In this document: one piece after another, positions 12,644 to 26,459 of the stretch | Layout of the letters: each line of letters starts with the position of its first letter | How positions within the stretch are numbered: position 1 is the stretch's first letter | Origin: Phoronis australis | Taxonomy: Eukaryota; Animalia; Phoronida | NCBI GenBank assembly: GCA_002633005.1 | Contig: NMRA01000569.1 | Span: 1 to 64,000, forward strand | DNA length: 64,000 nucleotides | Reading direction: 5' to 3' | Made by a program: the position numbers and the translations under genes | The notes under the pieces: model-generated | Databases searched by the model: none | Told to the model about the DNA's origin: nothing | The model's input: the letters and a program-made list of their open reading frames with translations, nothing else

Positions 12644-13340
12644 TGTAGTGTACGTAGCCCCATGTTTACAAATGTCATGAAATTAAATTATATCACTTGG
12701 TAAGTGATCAATATTGGTCATAGACAGTTTCCTTCCTTAAAAATGTTAGGTTAAAAGGGTGTTTATTACAAATACGTTTGTTTTGAGTGAAATATTAGCA
12801 CTTGTGTAGTGTACGTACCCTTAGTATATTTTAACATGTGCCTATTGTCAAAGTGTGGCAGATATGCACATGAATGCTGAGGTTTTTCAGTATTTTTTCT
12901 CTTTGAATTGATTTAGTAAATCAAATAACTCTCAGTAGATTCTTAGTATTTAGTTACAAACTTGACATGTCATTGAAATGTAGTGTACGTACCCCTGTGT
13001 AATGTACGTACCCCGATGTGAACAAATACCATGAAACAAAAATATTACACATTAAGTAAGGAACATCTGTCACAGACAGTTTCCTCCATTAAAAATGCTT
13101 GGTTAAAAGGGTGTTAAATACAAATACATTTATTTTGAGTGAAATATTAGCAATTGTGTAGTGTATTTTAACATGTGCCTGTTTTCAAAGAATGACAGAC
13201 ATGTATGCTGTACTTTTTATTTGTTCTCTTTGAATAGATTTGGTAAATGAACTAACTCTCAGTAGATTCTAGATATTTTTATAAACCTGACAAGTCATTG
13301 AAATGTAGGGTAGGCCTACGTACCCCTTTGTAGTGTATGA
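12644..13340. repeat. Diverged ~355-bp tandem duplication with recurring gtagtgtacgtaccc motif (probably part of a DNA transposon)
   Basis: Blocks such as cagtttcc...ggttaaaagggtgtt...ttttgagtgaaatattagca...actctcagtagattct occur twice. Confidence 0.6.
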
Positions 13341-13845
13341 CGTACACGTACATTCAACCTCTGTACTATAAAGTATTGCCCACAAGTATTTTTACATACT
13401 GCTGTTCTCATGAACAATACTGATATTTCCAAAATGCATCCAGTCTGACAAAAAATGGACAATTATCAAATTTGAGAGCAATAAAATGCCAGGCACACAG
13501 GACTTGGCTAGAAACATCCTAGAGGACACGTCATGTGACAACTGATGTTGCAGAGGCAGGTTCTCTATCTCTCAAGACAACTTGCAACAAACCAACAAAG
13601 TGGAGGCAGCACAAAACTCGAGACCATCCCATACATTTGTAACTTAGTTAAAATTTGACGTTGACGTACCCCTCACTAACCAGTACCATTTTTTACTGTT
13701 TACAAGTTGAACACTGTTCCTAGCATTACTATTTTGACCAATTGGTGAATGTTTTTAAAGGTGAAGGCAACCCACCTTTTTCCATTTCATTTTGAGCTAA
13801 AATAAGGTTGGTTGGTTATCCTAGACATATTTTCCACTTAATTAC

Positions 13846-14488
13846 AGCTTTTCGTAATTTTATAGATTACTCGTCCGCTACTCCGGAAGTGACGTTTTAG
13901 GAGGCAAGCGTTTCCCGCCACTTGGTTTTGCGTTGACTTTACCGTGCGAATCTGTTCTATTCTACTTTTGTTTTGTGCTGTTTTTCAACAATTGTCGCCA
14001 CCACTTTCCATTGCGGCAAGATAGGTTAGTAGAGAACTCAACTACGTTGGATTTAGGGATTNTTATATTAGTGAAGTTCGTATGAGCTCATTGCCTCATC
14101 GTGTGTGGTATCTTTACCGTGTCAACTGCCGTAAAAAACGAAGCAAAACTCCTGTGCACTGCCCGGGAATCGAACCCGGGTCGCAAGAATGGGAATCTTG
14201 CATGATACCACTACACCAGCAGTGCGTAGGCACACACCGAACTCAATTTTTAGCATATTTAAAGTATACGCTACTACTACCCTTACATAACAAACGCATT
14301 TATATAACTGTATTGGAAATAGGTTATGTAATTACACACTCTTAAAGAATCATCGGCAAAGTACGTTTTACAGAATCCGCTACACTCGCACCTGAGAAAC
14401 TCCTTTAGCTGAACGAGCTTGACAGTGACTTTTGGCCGGATACTGCGCAATCGGTCATGCGCAAAAGAAGTCTGCATTATGCTTTGGA
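13846..14488. promoter_or_regulatory. Divergent METTL26/MCRIP promoter region containing a tRNA gene
   Basis: Local CpG enrichment and an ETS-type ccggaagtg motif at 13883-13891. There is a candidate METTL26 5'UTR exon donor at 13845 (minus) and the MCRIP ATG is at 14489. Confidence 0.5.
14155..14225 (-). tRNA. TRG-CCC: tRNA-Gly(CCC)
   Basis: GCACTGCTGGTGTAGTGGTATCATGCAAGATTCCCATTCTTGCGACCCGGGTTCGATTCCCGGGCAGTGCA. It has a perfect 7-bp acceptor stem, A and B boxes, and anticodon CCC (14191-14193). T4 and T6 Pol III terminators lie downstream (14145-14148, 14133-14138). Confidence 0.97.
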
Positions 14489-14537
14489 ATGTACACACTA
14501 AAAGGACGCACTAAAGTTATCACTCAAACACGAAGAG
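14489..14537 (+). CDS. MCRIP2: MCRIP/FAM195 coding exon 1
   Basis: MYTLKGRTKVITQTRR(D)|gtgctc. Resembles the MCRIP2 N-terminus MYTITKGPSKLV.QRR. Confidence 0.8.
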
Positions 14538-14641
14538 GTGCTCAAAATTTACGCATTATTTCTAACCATTCAATTTACATTCAATGTTAGATGAAATGAA
14601 TTATTTTTTTCGCCATAATGTTACATGATTTTGTGTTTTAG

Positions 14642-14750
14642 ACGCTTTCCAGTCTACGATTGATCTGGAAAAACGTGATCCAGTGAAAGTTCAAAAACGA
14701 GAATCCAGCTCGGACGATTCAACATCCAGTGATGGGCCGTCGCCTTTAAT
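14642..14750 (+). CDS. MCRIP2: MCRIP/FAM195 coding exon 2
   Basis: ttttag|(D)AFQSTIDLEKRDPVKVQKRESSSDDSTSSDGPSPL(I)|gtaaga. Phases are compatible on both sides. Confidence 0.78.
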
Positions 14751-17700
14751 GTAAGATTTGTTGATTAATTTAAAGTTATCATGTATTACTGGATAATGAA
14801 TTCATGAGAAAACTAAAATTTAGGCTCACGTTGGATTGGTGATTGCATCAGCCGACACAGTCTCGTCGGCGATTGGCAGTTGAAGGTCCTTGGCCTAAGA
14901 ATAAGATAGGAATCAGTTCTGACTCCTGTACTGGTCGGATATAGCGGTCCCAGATTTGAAGAACTAGGCGCTGAATAACGGGCCTGTCATTCAATGGATA
15001 GAACCGTATGACGTTTTTCTCTGGACACATAAGTATCAGAAACAGAATTTTAAGGGTGGTTTTTAGAAACTTCATCTTTACAAAGTTTTAACCTTTATTC
15101 TAAAGTCATCATCAGGTAATACAAGTGACTGAACAGTTTTAACAGAAAATACAAATTTCAAAAATACTACACCTATAGGTTAATATTGGTGCATTGTCTT
15201 GCATGTGATTTTTAACATCGCACTTTTGACCTTTACTTATTGTTGTAGTATTTTTGAATTTTGTTTTTCTGTTAAAACTGTTTCTTGTATTATCTGATGA
15301 TGCTTTTAGAATAAAGGTGAAGTGTTGTAAAGATGAAGTTTATAAACACTGCGCTTATAATTTGGTTTCTGGATGGAACTTGTTGTCTACCTCTGGGACC
15401 GCTTTAGCAACAGTGCCATTTCTTGTGAAAGGTTCTGTTCTCACCTCCCTGTCCGCCCTCCAACACCACTGGACAGATTCAAAGTCAGGCTAATGAGCAA
15501 TTAATGCCCATAGACAGGTGATTGAACAGAGAACCTCTATGCTTCTCTGTTGGAAGTTTTGCATATTTCCAGATTCTCTTTTTCACAGATGCACTGGAAG
15601 TCTAATGAGGTTTGCAATCTTGCCACTATCATGTGATGTGCTGGATAACTTGCTGCATGGTTAAGGCATATATAGGTTATGTTGACTGAAAAACAAGTTA
15701 TCACCGACTTTGAGATTTCATCTCGTCCCAGTTTAGTCGGCTTTTTCTTGGCTTTGGGAAATCGACTTAATTTGAACTTAGGACCACGAGTTTTCGAAAG
15801 CGGCTTGGTGGAAATTTTTGAGATTGATGAATAAATATTAAGTTTGGTTTTCGACATGAAGGCCTAGTTTTTGCATAATACGACGAATACGACTTCTATT
15901 TTTTTACCAAAATACCTTACGTTTTGCTCTTTGGTACGTCTTAGAAACCAAACGAAAAGATTAATCAAAATTCCTAATGGTGTTTTTGAGGTATCTGGTG
16001 AAGTTTTCATTTAAAAAAGGTTTGAATTCATTAAAATTGACCGAGGGGTTATTTTGTTATGTACCTTTCTTAAAAAGGAAATTTTTACTTAAAAAGGTGT
16101 TAATGCAATAATAATAATGGTTCATAAATACAAAACATATTTTTATATTTCTTGATCTTTTGTCTTTCAGAAAATATATTCTATTACTAGTTGACAAAGC
16201 TTAATTTTTTGATATAGGAGTTACAGTGGAGGCCATTAAATAAGGTTTGAGATAACCTTAAAGACATTTGCCACTTTCAGTGTTGAGTCTATATGCTCAG
16301 GGGTTACTGAAAGTGTAACTTAGATAGTTTACAGGGCTTGGTATTTTCCTCTTGTTTGGTTTCGATTTTCTCTTATATTTGATTTACATTTACCTCTTTT
16401 TATCGTTATTTTGACTATATTCATGCATAAAACGTTTCTTGCTGTTAAATTTTACAACATACAATGTATTTCTATCACATAAGCCTCTTTATTTGCGGGA
16501 TGATATGTCAACTAGAAAATTTACCTATTTTTTGTCATTGGTCATTCCAAGTCTTGGGTTTAGCTAGGTGGAGCATAATTTCCTGAAAGACCTCTAGAGT
16601 GTAAGGCTGTTTGGTATTTTGCGCAGTCTGCACTGGGTGATACTTGGGAATGTGGGCACTTGGGGGATTTTTTGTTATGTACATTGTTAGAAAATGTCCC
16701 ATGGTCAGTAATGTTTGAAAGGCTAAGTAAAATGCTCATATAATTGGTCTTTAACCCTTGTCCACATATCCTGTTATTTAGTGGGACAGAATAGCTAAAA
16801 TTTGTGTAAAAAACACCATTAAATAGGTAATTTTTTTCAATCAAAACTTCATGCTCTGTTAGTTGAAGCACTTGACATCCTTGTAACATTGTCGAACATT
16901 ACTCAAGATATGCTTTGGCAGATTCTAGGTAACGATGAAAAAGGCATTCATTCGATCTATACTTGAATGCATTGCATTGAATGTTTCTTATTTTCATGTC
17001 TTGACAAAAGAGGGCAATATTGTTATATTCATGGACCTTCATTGACCACATCCTGAGATACCAATGCAGCCATATTGACTGCAGTGTATGCATACTCCCA
17101 ATGCTGCAATTCTGCCAGGACCTTATTCTGCTACTGTTCTCTGCTGCCATGTTAAAATACATTTTTACATTCATAAAGTCTGATGTGACGATCAGTGTTC
17201 TGCCAAGTCCTAGTATTCTTTTGTAATTGTTGAATAGTTGGATGCAACATTTGCAGGAAGTAATGTGAAAATCCAAGCGACACCCGACTTCATTCTTTAC
17301 TTGTCTGACTTGGCTCAAAGATTTGTTAACGCCTAACTTTTCAACCATATGCTGTCTTTTCTTTCTTCCTGAAAGAAGCGAATCCAGTTCAAAATATTGC
17401 TGTTGGCTTTTTTGCTTTAGCGACTGAAATTATCTTCGTAAGAAATTGTTACTGTATTTGTGTGTGGAGGATACTTTGTTGGCTCACAGCATAGTGTCAG
17501 CTCTGTGCTCAAGTGTCAGTACTAGGTTAGATAAGTAGCTAATACGAAACTGAAACTAAACCCAAGTGACACAAATGAAGAATTACATGTGCCTCCATGT
17601 TTTGGTTAGGAATGCTACAGTGTCAGTAGCCTGTTTCAACTCGTCACAGTGGCAAGTTGAAATTTTGACATAATTATTTTGGCTCACCTGAATTGAGAAT

Positions 17701-20450
17701 GAAAAAATGCAGCAAGGGGCAATAGCCACTAAAGTTGCAGTGCATATGTTGAGAACCAGTGTGATGCCCATTATTCATTGGAGAAAACTGGCTCTCAAAA
17801 TCAGAGAACCTTGTGTCTATTTCCACATTAAGTTTGAGCTGTTATTGGATTAGTCATTTTTTCAGTATGTAATGTCACTTTGGATGTTAAGCCCTAGTTC
17901 ACTTCACTGATTCCAACACTTATATACAAACCCTTATATTATGGACACTTACTTCTAAACATGTTCATAAATTTTGTAGTTCCCGTTAAGTTGGAATTTT
18001 CTGTTATGGACATCACTGAGTAGACACATTCTTATAAAAGGAGAATATCCTCTTCCCTGTGAGCTAAACCTGAAAATAAGCAGGTAATATTATGTTATGA
18101 TGGCACTTGTTTTCGGTGTGCTGTCAAAAACTTCCTGTGCAGTTGATATGAAAGGGTTGATACTTGTAAGATGCTTGTTCGTGAGAATAATTTTCTGTTA
18201 TGTTATGGAAAAGATGTTTATTGTGTGTTGGGGTGCTCCAATTTATAATTTGCATTTTAGGTAACGCATAAGAAACAAATTTCCCTAGAGTTTTCCATAT
18301 AGATCGCTCTCTCTCTGTGGGACGGGCTAGCATACTTTCTGGAAATTTTCAAGGATGTCACTAAAACGGTTGGCAATTTCTATCCAAGTCTGCCTGTAAA
18401 CTAAAGATAGGTTGAATAACAAGGACAAATGTATTGTATCACTTGCACTACTAAAACTAGATGACTCGCTTAACATTGGCAGCAGTTGATTGTCTGGTTC
18501 TGCTATGTCAACCAGCCAAAACATCATGATTCGTTCCATAAGTCGGCATTTAGAGTCAGTCAGATGTCTTAACCGGATTACCTGGTGCAACGGGCAAAGT
18601 CAATCAAGTGAACCCATTGTAAAACTTACCATTTCTCCAAAAATTGTCTGTCCACGTGCTGCAGAACTTAAACAAGTTATTTTGGTGTTATGTGTCTTCT
18701 ATGGAACAATGAGTATATTGACTGGTCCATCATATTGTAGGCTGAATTAAGATTTATTGTAATTTGATTTCATGTCAGAAACATCGGAAACTATACATCA
18801 ACCTTCTAAACAAACATGCAGCAAAAAAACCCTGATGCTTAATTTAAACCATGTGCTGTTGGTTTGTGATAACACAGTTTCTAAGAAATATCTCAAAGGC
18901 CATTGTTAAGTTTATCAGGTGAGGTTCATGTTGGGGAAGTAGCTGTATAATGGCTGCCTGTGTTTAAGGGCTTGTGCATTGTAGTTATCTTCAGTTGATG
19001 TCATTGTTAGGTGATCTATAATGAACCAGGTGTACAGTAGTAGAAAGTGGAGGAGGTGAGAACGGGAACATTCATGTTGGCACTTGAAGCAGACTTTATA
19101 TTGTTTGTTGAAGAATAGAAGACAGGTTTTTGGTAAATTTAGACTCAGTTTAAAAGTTGCAGTTCTTTTAATGTGTTTGTTATCCTTTCTGGAATTCGTG
19201 CTTGTTGTCACTATGTTGGCAACCTTAATAATGTCGTTTTCAAAGGGATACTCAACTTTAACATGAACATATTCAATGGTTAGAATCTACACAACACATG
19301 CGAATCGACTGATTTAGTGTGCCACACATGAATATTTATTCAGCTAGCGGCCATTCCAAATGAAAGACTTTGGAGGTGTTGGTTCTTGTTTTAATGTTTG
19401 TGTGCTATCAAATGGCACAAATATATTGATTTCTGATTTTACCACCCATTGTCAATTCCATGTTACCATCAAGGTTTGTAAACTACTACAGTACCACTTT
19501 ATTGACCTTTTTAAACTTATTATTATGGCTTTTGCAACTGGGCACTTGTAAACTAAAGTTTTCTGGGCATTTGTCTGCTCAGTTGAAGTCTCGAGTCTGA
19601 TGTAATCCAAATTTGCGGCATCCTGAATTTAATCTCAGGCCTGTTAATGGTTGTAGAAAGAAACACTGTATGACTGACCCAGTTCTTTAAAGGTTAGCCT
19701 GCAAAAAATTCTCTGCTGTGTTGAACAGGTAAAGCACAGCTTGTCATTTTTATGTCACCATTACTACTCAATAGTAACAGTATAGCTTTGTTGGCATTTT
19801 GTAAGAGACATGTCATTTGACCAATTTAAGAACAACAGCGGGGAACAAGAGTGAGACGAGAGGTCTGTCACATGGCATTATGGGTGAATATGACAGAACC
19901 CGGATTGATATGTTGTATCTCATGGATGTAGCTATGTCATAATCTGTTTTGTTATACACTGATTACTAATATATGTGACACCCATTTCAATTCAATGTGG
20001 ACATAAAGGGCTAATCAGTGGAGTCCATGTTTTGGAAAGTCAAAACGAGCGTAAAAACTAACGTTTTGCATACTATTAATTAATACTGCATTTCCTCTTG
20101 TGTTTAGTGGTCAAAAATGAATTATGTCACTTACATTAATTGGTCTCATAATATTCCTTATACCAACGGAATTTAATTTCCATTAGCTGCAAGAACATCG
20201 AAACCTTCATTGTCTCGAGAAAACATTGCAGAGTTTGAGTCGGTCAACTCTAAAGTTGCGAATTCGAAAATGATGCTTGTACATATTGCTTGTTACTTCA
20301 GTTTCCAGCTGTTTTGGCAAAAATTCAAGATCGGATGGGTATGGTGATTTTTTTGTGAACTCAGAAGTACTTCAGTTAAGAATTCAACATGGTCAGCTTC
20401 AGCTAAACAGCATGGGAATGTCCGTTTAAGTATATTTCATTGTATTTCAG

Positions 20451-20563
20451 CTCACCTCGTCCTGTATTTAAGAAGCATTATCGAATGAATACTACAATGA
20501 CTCACTCACAAGTGGAACCAACAACACCTGAACATGAAGAAAACGTTCGATATGTTTCTTCTG
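20451..20563 (+). CDS. MCRIP2: MCRIP/FAM195 coding exon 3
   Basis: ttcag|SPRPVFKKHYRMNTTMTHSQVEPTTPEHEENVRYVSS|gtatgt. Contains the HEENVR.V family motif. Confidence 0.9.
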
Positions 20564-21228
20564 GTATGTCATTGTTTAATTTTTGTACAGCCTCTAAAAC
20601 TAATGTTGTTGGATTGATTTGTGATTAGTAAGTGTCTTGACCTCTGTCAAGTTGAGTTATGTTTGATTCATGATCGCATTGACACACAGGTTTGAGCTTT
20701 TGACTCATGGTATTTTTACAGTGGATTTAGTGAGGGTGATTTGGGGACAGCTTTTGATTAAAGTATTTTTTCAGACAAGACGATTTAATGGTGGACTTGG
20801 ATCAGTCACACTAATACTTAATGAATTGTTAAACATTCTTTCCTGCAACAAGTCAGTTGCCTTGGATTGTGAAGACAGGTTAACATGTACTTGGCTTATA
20901 CATGTTAGGATTTCTTTACATGTCTTCATCTATTGTAAGCAAATGAAGTGATTTTGTTGATTATAGACATGTCACAAACATACGTGTACATGTACATGTT
21001 GAGGCGATTCACCTTTATTGTATTCAATACATCCTCACATTCTGCATTGCTGAGCAGATGCCTGGGTAAAGTAGACTCTACAAGTATTTCTAAACTTTTT
21101 ATAAACACTGAACAAATCTAATTTATATTGCACTAAAATACTGCAGAAATGGGTTTTTTGAGCATTTTAATGTTAACTCAGTTGCATTACCTTGTGTGTC
21201 ATTGTGAAATTTAGATTTTTAATTGAGT

Positions 21229-21715
21229 TGTGAAAAGTACTTGTAGTGCTGTATTCTCAGGTGTGGATCAATAACCTTTCTGTACCGCCTGTGAAAGTAC
21301 TTGTAGTGCTGTATTCTCAAGTGTGGATCAATAACCTTTCTGTCCAGCCTGTGAAAAGTACTTGTAGTGCTGTATTCTCAAGTGTGGATCAATAACCTTT
21401 CTGTCCAGCCTGTGAAAATACTTGTAGTGCTGTATTCTCAAGTGTGGATCAGTAACCTTTCTGTCCAGCCTGCGAAAGTACTTGTAGTTCTTTTTTTCTC
21501 AAGTGTGGATCAATAACCTTTCTGTCCAGCCTGTGAAAGTACTTGTAGTGCTGTATTCTCAAGTGTGGATCAATAACCTTTCTGTCCAGCCTGTGAAAGT
21601 ACTTGTAGTGCTGTATTCTCAAGTGTGGATCAATAACCTTTCTGTCCAGCCTGTGAAAGTACTTGCAGTGCTGTATTCTCAAGTGTGGATCAATAACCTT
21701 TCTGTCCAGCCTGTG
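21229..21715. repeat. Tandem repeat, ~60-61-bp unit, 8 copies
   Basis: Unit gtgaaagtacttgtagtgctgtattctcaagtgtggatcaataacctttctgtccagcct is repeated head-to-tail without spacers. Confidence 0.95.
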
Positions 21716-23221
21716 CTGCCAACTTTTGCAGATTACACATTATCTCACGGATTTCATGGCACTCAAACGTCCTTATCATTATCAGGAACGAATCTATACA
21801 TTTTTACTTTAAAGTTAATTTTTTAAATTCCTAATTTAGATGTTATTTTGATTATTTTTTAATTTTATTGACAAGTCATCGTGCTGTCTCAGAATCATCT
21901 TTTGGGTTCTTACTGAAAAATACTGAATTTTTAAAAAATCTGATAAGTAAGGTTTGTAATGGATTGAAATGTACGCAATTCATTTACAAACTAAAATGAT
22001 GAAGTAGTACCCAAAAACTACACAAGGCTCTGGCATCCTTAAAAAAGATTCTGTCATGAGACACGCTAACCATAGTAAACTGTTGCAATACCCAGGGGTT
22101 AGACAAGCAGAGTTAGGATTTTGCTCAGGGGGACAACAACCATTTTCAAATTAAAATATTCGCATAATCCCAAACACTGCATGCCGGCGACAAGATTTTT
22201 TTCTTGACCTTGTCCTGAGGGAAGTCTCTCATAAATCCGCGTACTGGCACCCCCATAAATCACCTATGGTCAACTGAGGCAGTGGAGTACATTGAATGCT
22301 TGTCAGTCTGTATGGAAAGTAACAGTGTCTAGGTCCATGAGAAGTTATGGGTTAAAGGGGACAGATTATGTTCAAATTGTCAACTGACCTCCTGTCACTA
22401 CCAATTGAACTATCAGATCACTACCTCTTTTGCCTGCCAGTCGACTCCAATTTCGACCCCCACCCAGTCATTACGAATTTCATAGTTTCAGTTTCATGAT
22501 TTGTATTAATTTTGCATGCCCAACACCGCAAATTATTTATAATTATCCACCTCATGCAACCATGGTGTTCATAGTCAGAATCACAGGGGTCAGTGAGGAA
22601 GCTTCTCTCGGAGTATGACCAATTAGACATCGGAATGCTGTTTTTAGGGTAATCTTGAAGATTACCGTTTGGAATTTGTGGTTGCCCCCCCCCCTCACAA
22701 CATCCTTAATCCGCCAGTGTCACCTCTTCCTCATTTAAGTTTTGCCACCAGTTTCACCCCTTCTGTTGCAGGTTGTCACTTGTCAAAATTACCTCCAAGT
22801 CCCTTTAGTTATGTTCACAGTAGTCAGTCCTCTCAATAAGGATGTGGCATCAACTTCAGAGTGCCTGCAACATCGGGTCTCAACTGGGGAGGGGGTGGTA
22901 CAAAAGCAGTGATAACTGGGGGGGAGGTGGGGGCCCGTGCGAAATAGGTGGTGACCACAACGAGAGGCTACACTGTGGTCTTCACCTTGGACCGCAATAA
23001 TTCCAGCTATGCCACTGGATAGTATACCTACATGGATACTCTCAACAACATACTTGTATATTTGCCTTAAGTAGAGTGTGTAAGTGTAACTTGCCTCAGG
23101 TGAAATCAGAGCTTATCTTTCACAAGAGCTCAATAAGTTGGTAAATTTGTTAAACATGTTATTTTACTTTGTAAGTTGTATTTTTAACGACGTTGGTGAA
23201 CAGTTTTATTTTTTCTTTCAG

Positions 23222-23272
23222 TTTGGAATCAAGTGGAAAGAGAGTTTACAAATGCCAACAGAAGTGGTAAAG
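23222..23272 (+). CDS. MCRIP2: MCRIP/FAM195 coding exon 4
   Basis: tttcag|(V)WNQVEREFTNANRSGK|gtatat. An alternative same-phase donor after 23266 is possible. Contains the W.QV motif. Confidence 0.85.
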
Positions 23273-23522
23273 GTATATCCCAACTTAAATCAATTCTGGA
23301 AAGAACGCTATCATACTTTGAATCGTCAGTTGATTAGTACTGTTACTTAAAACATAGTAAAAAATAGTCACGAATATTGCTTTGTTACTGTGGTTTGACA
23401 CTAAAAACGATACAAGTTGAAAGACAGTCAGCAATTGTACTCTTTTTCTCGCGCATCTTGTATCATTTTGTCCAAGTCCTTCTAAACTGGTAATCCTAAA
23501 TTATTAAAAATTTTATTTTCAG

Positions 23523-23570
23523 TTGGTCCAGAATACTACAGAGAAAAGGCGCCAAATCCTAATTTAAAAG
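23523..23570 (+). CDS. MCRIP2: MCRIP/FAM195 coding exon 5
   Basis: tttcag|(V)GPEYYREKAPNPNLK(D)|gtgtaa. Contains the Y.E..PNP.L motif. Confidence 0.88.
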
Positions 23571-24991
23571 GTGTAATGCAGTTGTTCATTATTGATCAGT
23601 CTGTGCAAAAGTTGGATATAACCTATTTTTATACAAGTGTTCTACTCAATCTTTAAATTAATCTTTCAACTTCTCGTGCTCAACTTTCAATAGTTCTGGA
23701 AATTTTTGTGGTACCATATTTCAGTTAAACCGGCATTAAGACCATGTTTTTTGTCAGAAAAGCAGTGTTCTCCACGACAGGTTTTGACTCGACGCAGCAA
23801 CAAGTTTAAATGTTGCAGCCTCGAGTTTGAAAAGTGCCACATCAAGTTAAACCTTTGGCTGGCTTGGCACTTTTGCCCTCAGAATCAAAAATGAGGGTGA
23901 ATTTGCCAACATCAACCATAGTTCCTAATGCTATGAGGCAATTAACAATACATATATGACCTAATTTTTGTAATAATAGAGTGTAAATTATTGCTAAAAA
24001 ATCTAAAGAAATTCTTTTTCTAACATAATTTTATGGTGTCAGCTACCTTACCGTAATAATTGACTAGCCAGCAATATTATTTTAACTTTAAAATTTTGCA
24101 CCTAAACCTGTAAATTAACAATTTGATATGCTGATTTAAAGGACTTTGACTGACATCTGGTGGCGAATTAGAACTTATTCAACTGGACTACAGGTGTCAC
24201 TAAAAACTAGGTCACACCAGATCACATGTTAGTAGTATTTGATAAGTAGAATTGATACTAGAATTGACATTTTTTATTATTAAAGGAACTTCTAACCTTT
24301 AGGTTGATTTTATGAGTCTGTCATGAATGCTTTGGAGGACTTATGGTGAAAAATTGATAAGAAAGTCAGAAAGTAGGTCACACCAGTTCAGTGTACATTT
24401 TTAAAACGTATATAAATACACAGTGACCACTTTTTATTAGGGAAAGAACAGTGTTTACGAAAGTTTGTGTGGAGTTTGGAATTTTTGTGGTGGAGAACAC
24501 TGAAAGATTTTTGATTTAGTCTTGTTACTGTAATGAAATTGGGGTCCAATTGTTCCTTAGTCAAAATAAGTAGGATATCTGGGCTTAGATAGAAGTGACA
24601 ATTTGTTCCAACTAGACTTGTGAAATGTCATATCACGTCGTGATCTGAAATTATATGAGCTTGGTCTGAAAAAGTAACAAACTACCAGTTATTATCAAGG
24701 CTGTAGATCACTTGGAAACTGAGTAAGGAACAAGATGACGAATTTTAAATTGCCCTAGTCAAAACTTTTTTTGGCAGAAATCACAGATTAGTGCCGCTTT
24801 AAGATGAATTGTGAAAAGTGGTCCCAAATCTGTATTTACCATGTGTTTGCAATATTAATGTTGTGTCAACAGTACTTTTAATTGTGATTCTTGTGGTTGA
24901 TTATTTACTCTTATACTTACTAGTTGTCATTAAGCACTTGTCCTAATGCTGAAAGTCAAATTCTTAATAATGCTATTTTTATTACTTTCAG

Positions 24992-25062
24992 ATTTTGAGC
25001 CCTTTGACCTGGAAGGATGGTGGGGCCAGAAAACACTACAGAAGATTACACAGTCCACATGA
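24992..25062 (+). CDS. MCRIP2: MCRIP/FAM195 last coding exon
   Basis: tttcag|(D)FEPFDLEGWWGQKTLQKITQST*. Contains the F.P.DL..WW C-terminal motif. The total CDS of 441 nt gives 146 aa. Confidence 0.92.
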
Positions 25063-26459
25063 TGAAGGCTCCACATAGGATTGTTTTATTGGACCAAACA
25101 TAGTGTTGGAGTTATGTTTGACATGGTATACATCTGTATTACTCTGGATTTGACTGACAATTTGCTACTTTTGTAGTGAGGAATCACGTTATCTTGTATT
25201 GGAGACACTTTGTTGAAACTGCATTTTCATTGCGAAAGAAAATCCTAAGTCCCTCTAAGAGACGGTGCATTTTTCTAAAAGCTCCTTCTCTGCGGCAATA
25301 CAAAGAATGCTAGTTGAAGAATATTGTAGATTTGTGTGATTATGTGATTCCTCAGCAGGACACAGAATTTGAATAAAAAAACGGGGATTTCTGACAAAGA
25401 ACTTAGCATGTGTACTTTCAACATGCTCATGCTAACGATAAAGTTGAATAGTCTATAATCTGGCTCAAAGGGATAATGGAAAGTGTTCAGACTAGTTTCA
25501 TTGGTCGTTGTCCTTGTACCGAGGAACATATATTCCATCCTTGAGAAAGCCCTATGTATTGACTGTTTTGGAGAAAACCTTGCATACCTAAGAAAATTTT
25601 ATAATATTTTTAAAAATTCCGTGGGTCAGGTATAGATCCATGGCATCAGATATTGAAGGAGTTAATTTCGGAATTTCCTGGTAAATTTTGCCATTTTAGT
25701 GTTATTAACATTTTCACTGCCAAAAAGCTGTGATGCACATGTCTCCCAACCTCTGGTGCTGTGGTTATGAAGTGTGATATGGTATGTCTGTATTTCACAC
25801 TTAATTATTTGTAGAGTGTATGTTCTATTTAGGAAGCTTTTTTGGCTTGTATTATTTGTGATGCAGCCTCTTTGTTCTTGGGTGTGTACTCATAATATAA
25901 GACCATTCTGTGCTGGTGTGGTGTTTCTACAGTTTGGAGATCAACAGAAATCTGGCTTCTGGTTCCACCATTTAAGGCTGTTCATCAAAAATAATAAAGG
26001 AACTGTGTTGGTGTCTCAAATACTTATAAAGCCAGTAACAAACAAGGGTCAAGTTACCCTGGTAATCCATAACATCCTTCCAAAGTGTTTGCTAGTTGGT
26101 AAATGGTATTGCAAGTGACCTCGTTTAACTCGTCACCTTCTGGACTGCGAAAAAGGCAACGACTTATCTGAGTGACGTGTTACATATAAGTCGTCATTTT
26201 AAAATACATATACTGGCAAAGTGATGAAGACCGGGTATATCAATTTCTGCATCATCGATTTCTGTTGATAAGAATGTGTAGTTTGATATTACTGATATAG
26301 GTTGTTTTAGCCATGATTTATATTTCAAATCTAATTTAATCGTTAATGGTTTTTGCTAGGGGTATCAAAAATGTTTGAATAAAAACAACTGCTGTAAAAC
26401 CCCTTTGCCTTTATGCGAAATAATTTACAGCTCTTTGCAGCATTTCTTGTTACAAGCTC

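Noticed and set aside
16560-19700. Longer ORFs (109-149 aa) in MCRIP intron 2 that might be a decayed retroelement
   Set aside because: I could not recognise RT, endonuclease or transposase motifs, so there is insufficient support.
21229-21715. CRISPR-like regular repeat
   Set aside because: The units are contiguous with no unique spacers, there are no cas genes, and it lies in a eukaryotic intron. It is a plain tandem repeat and the overlapping ORFs are artefacts.
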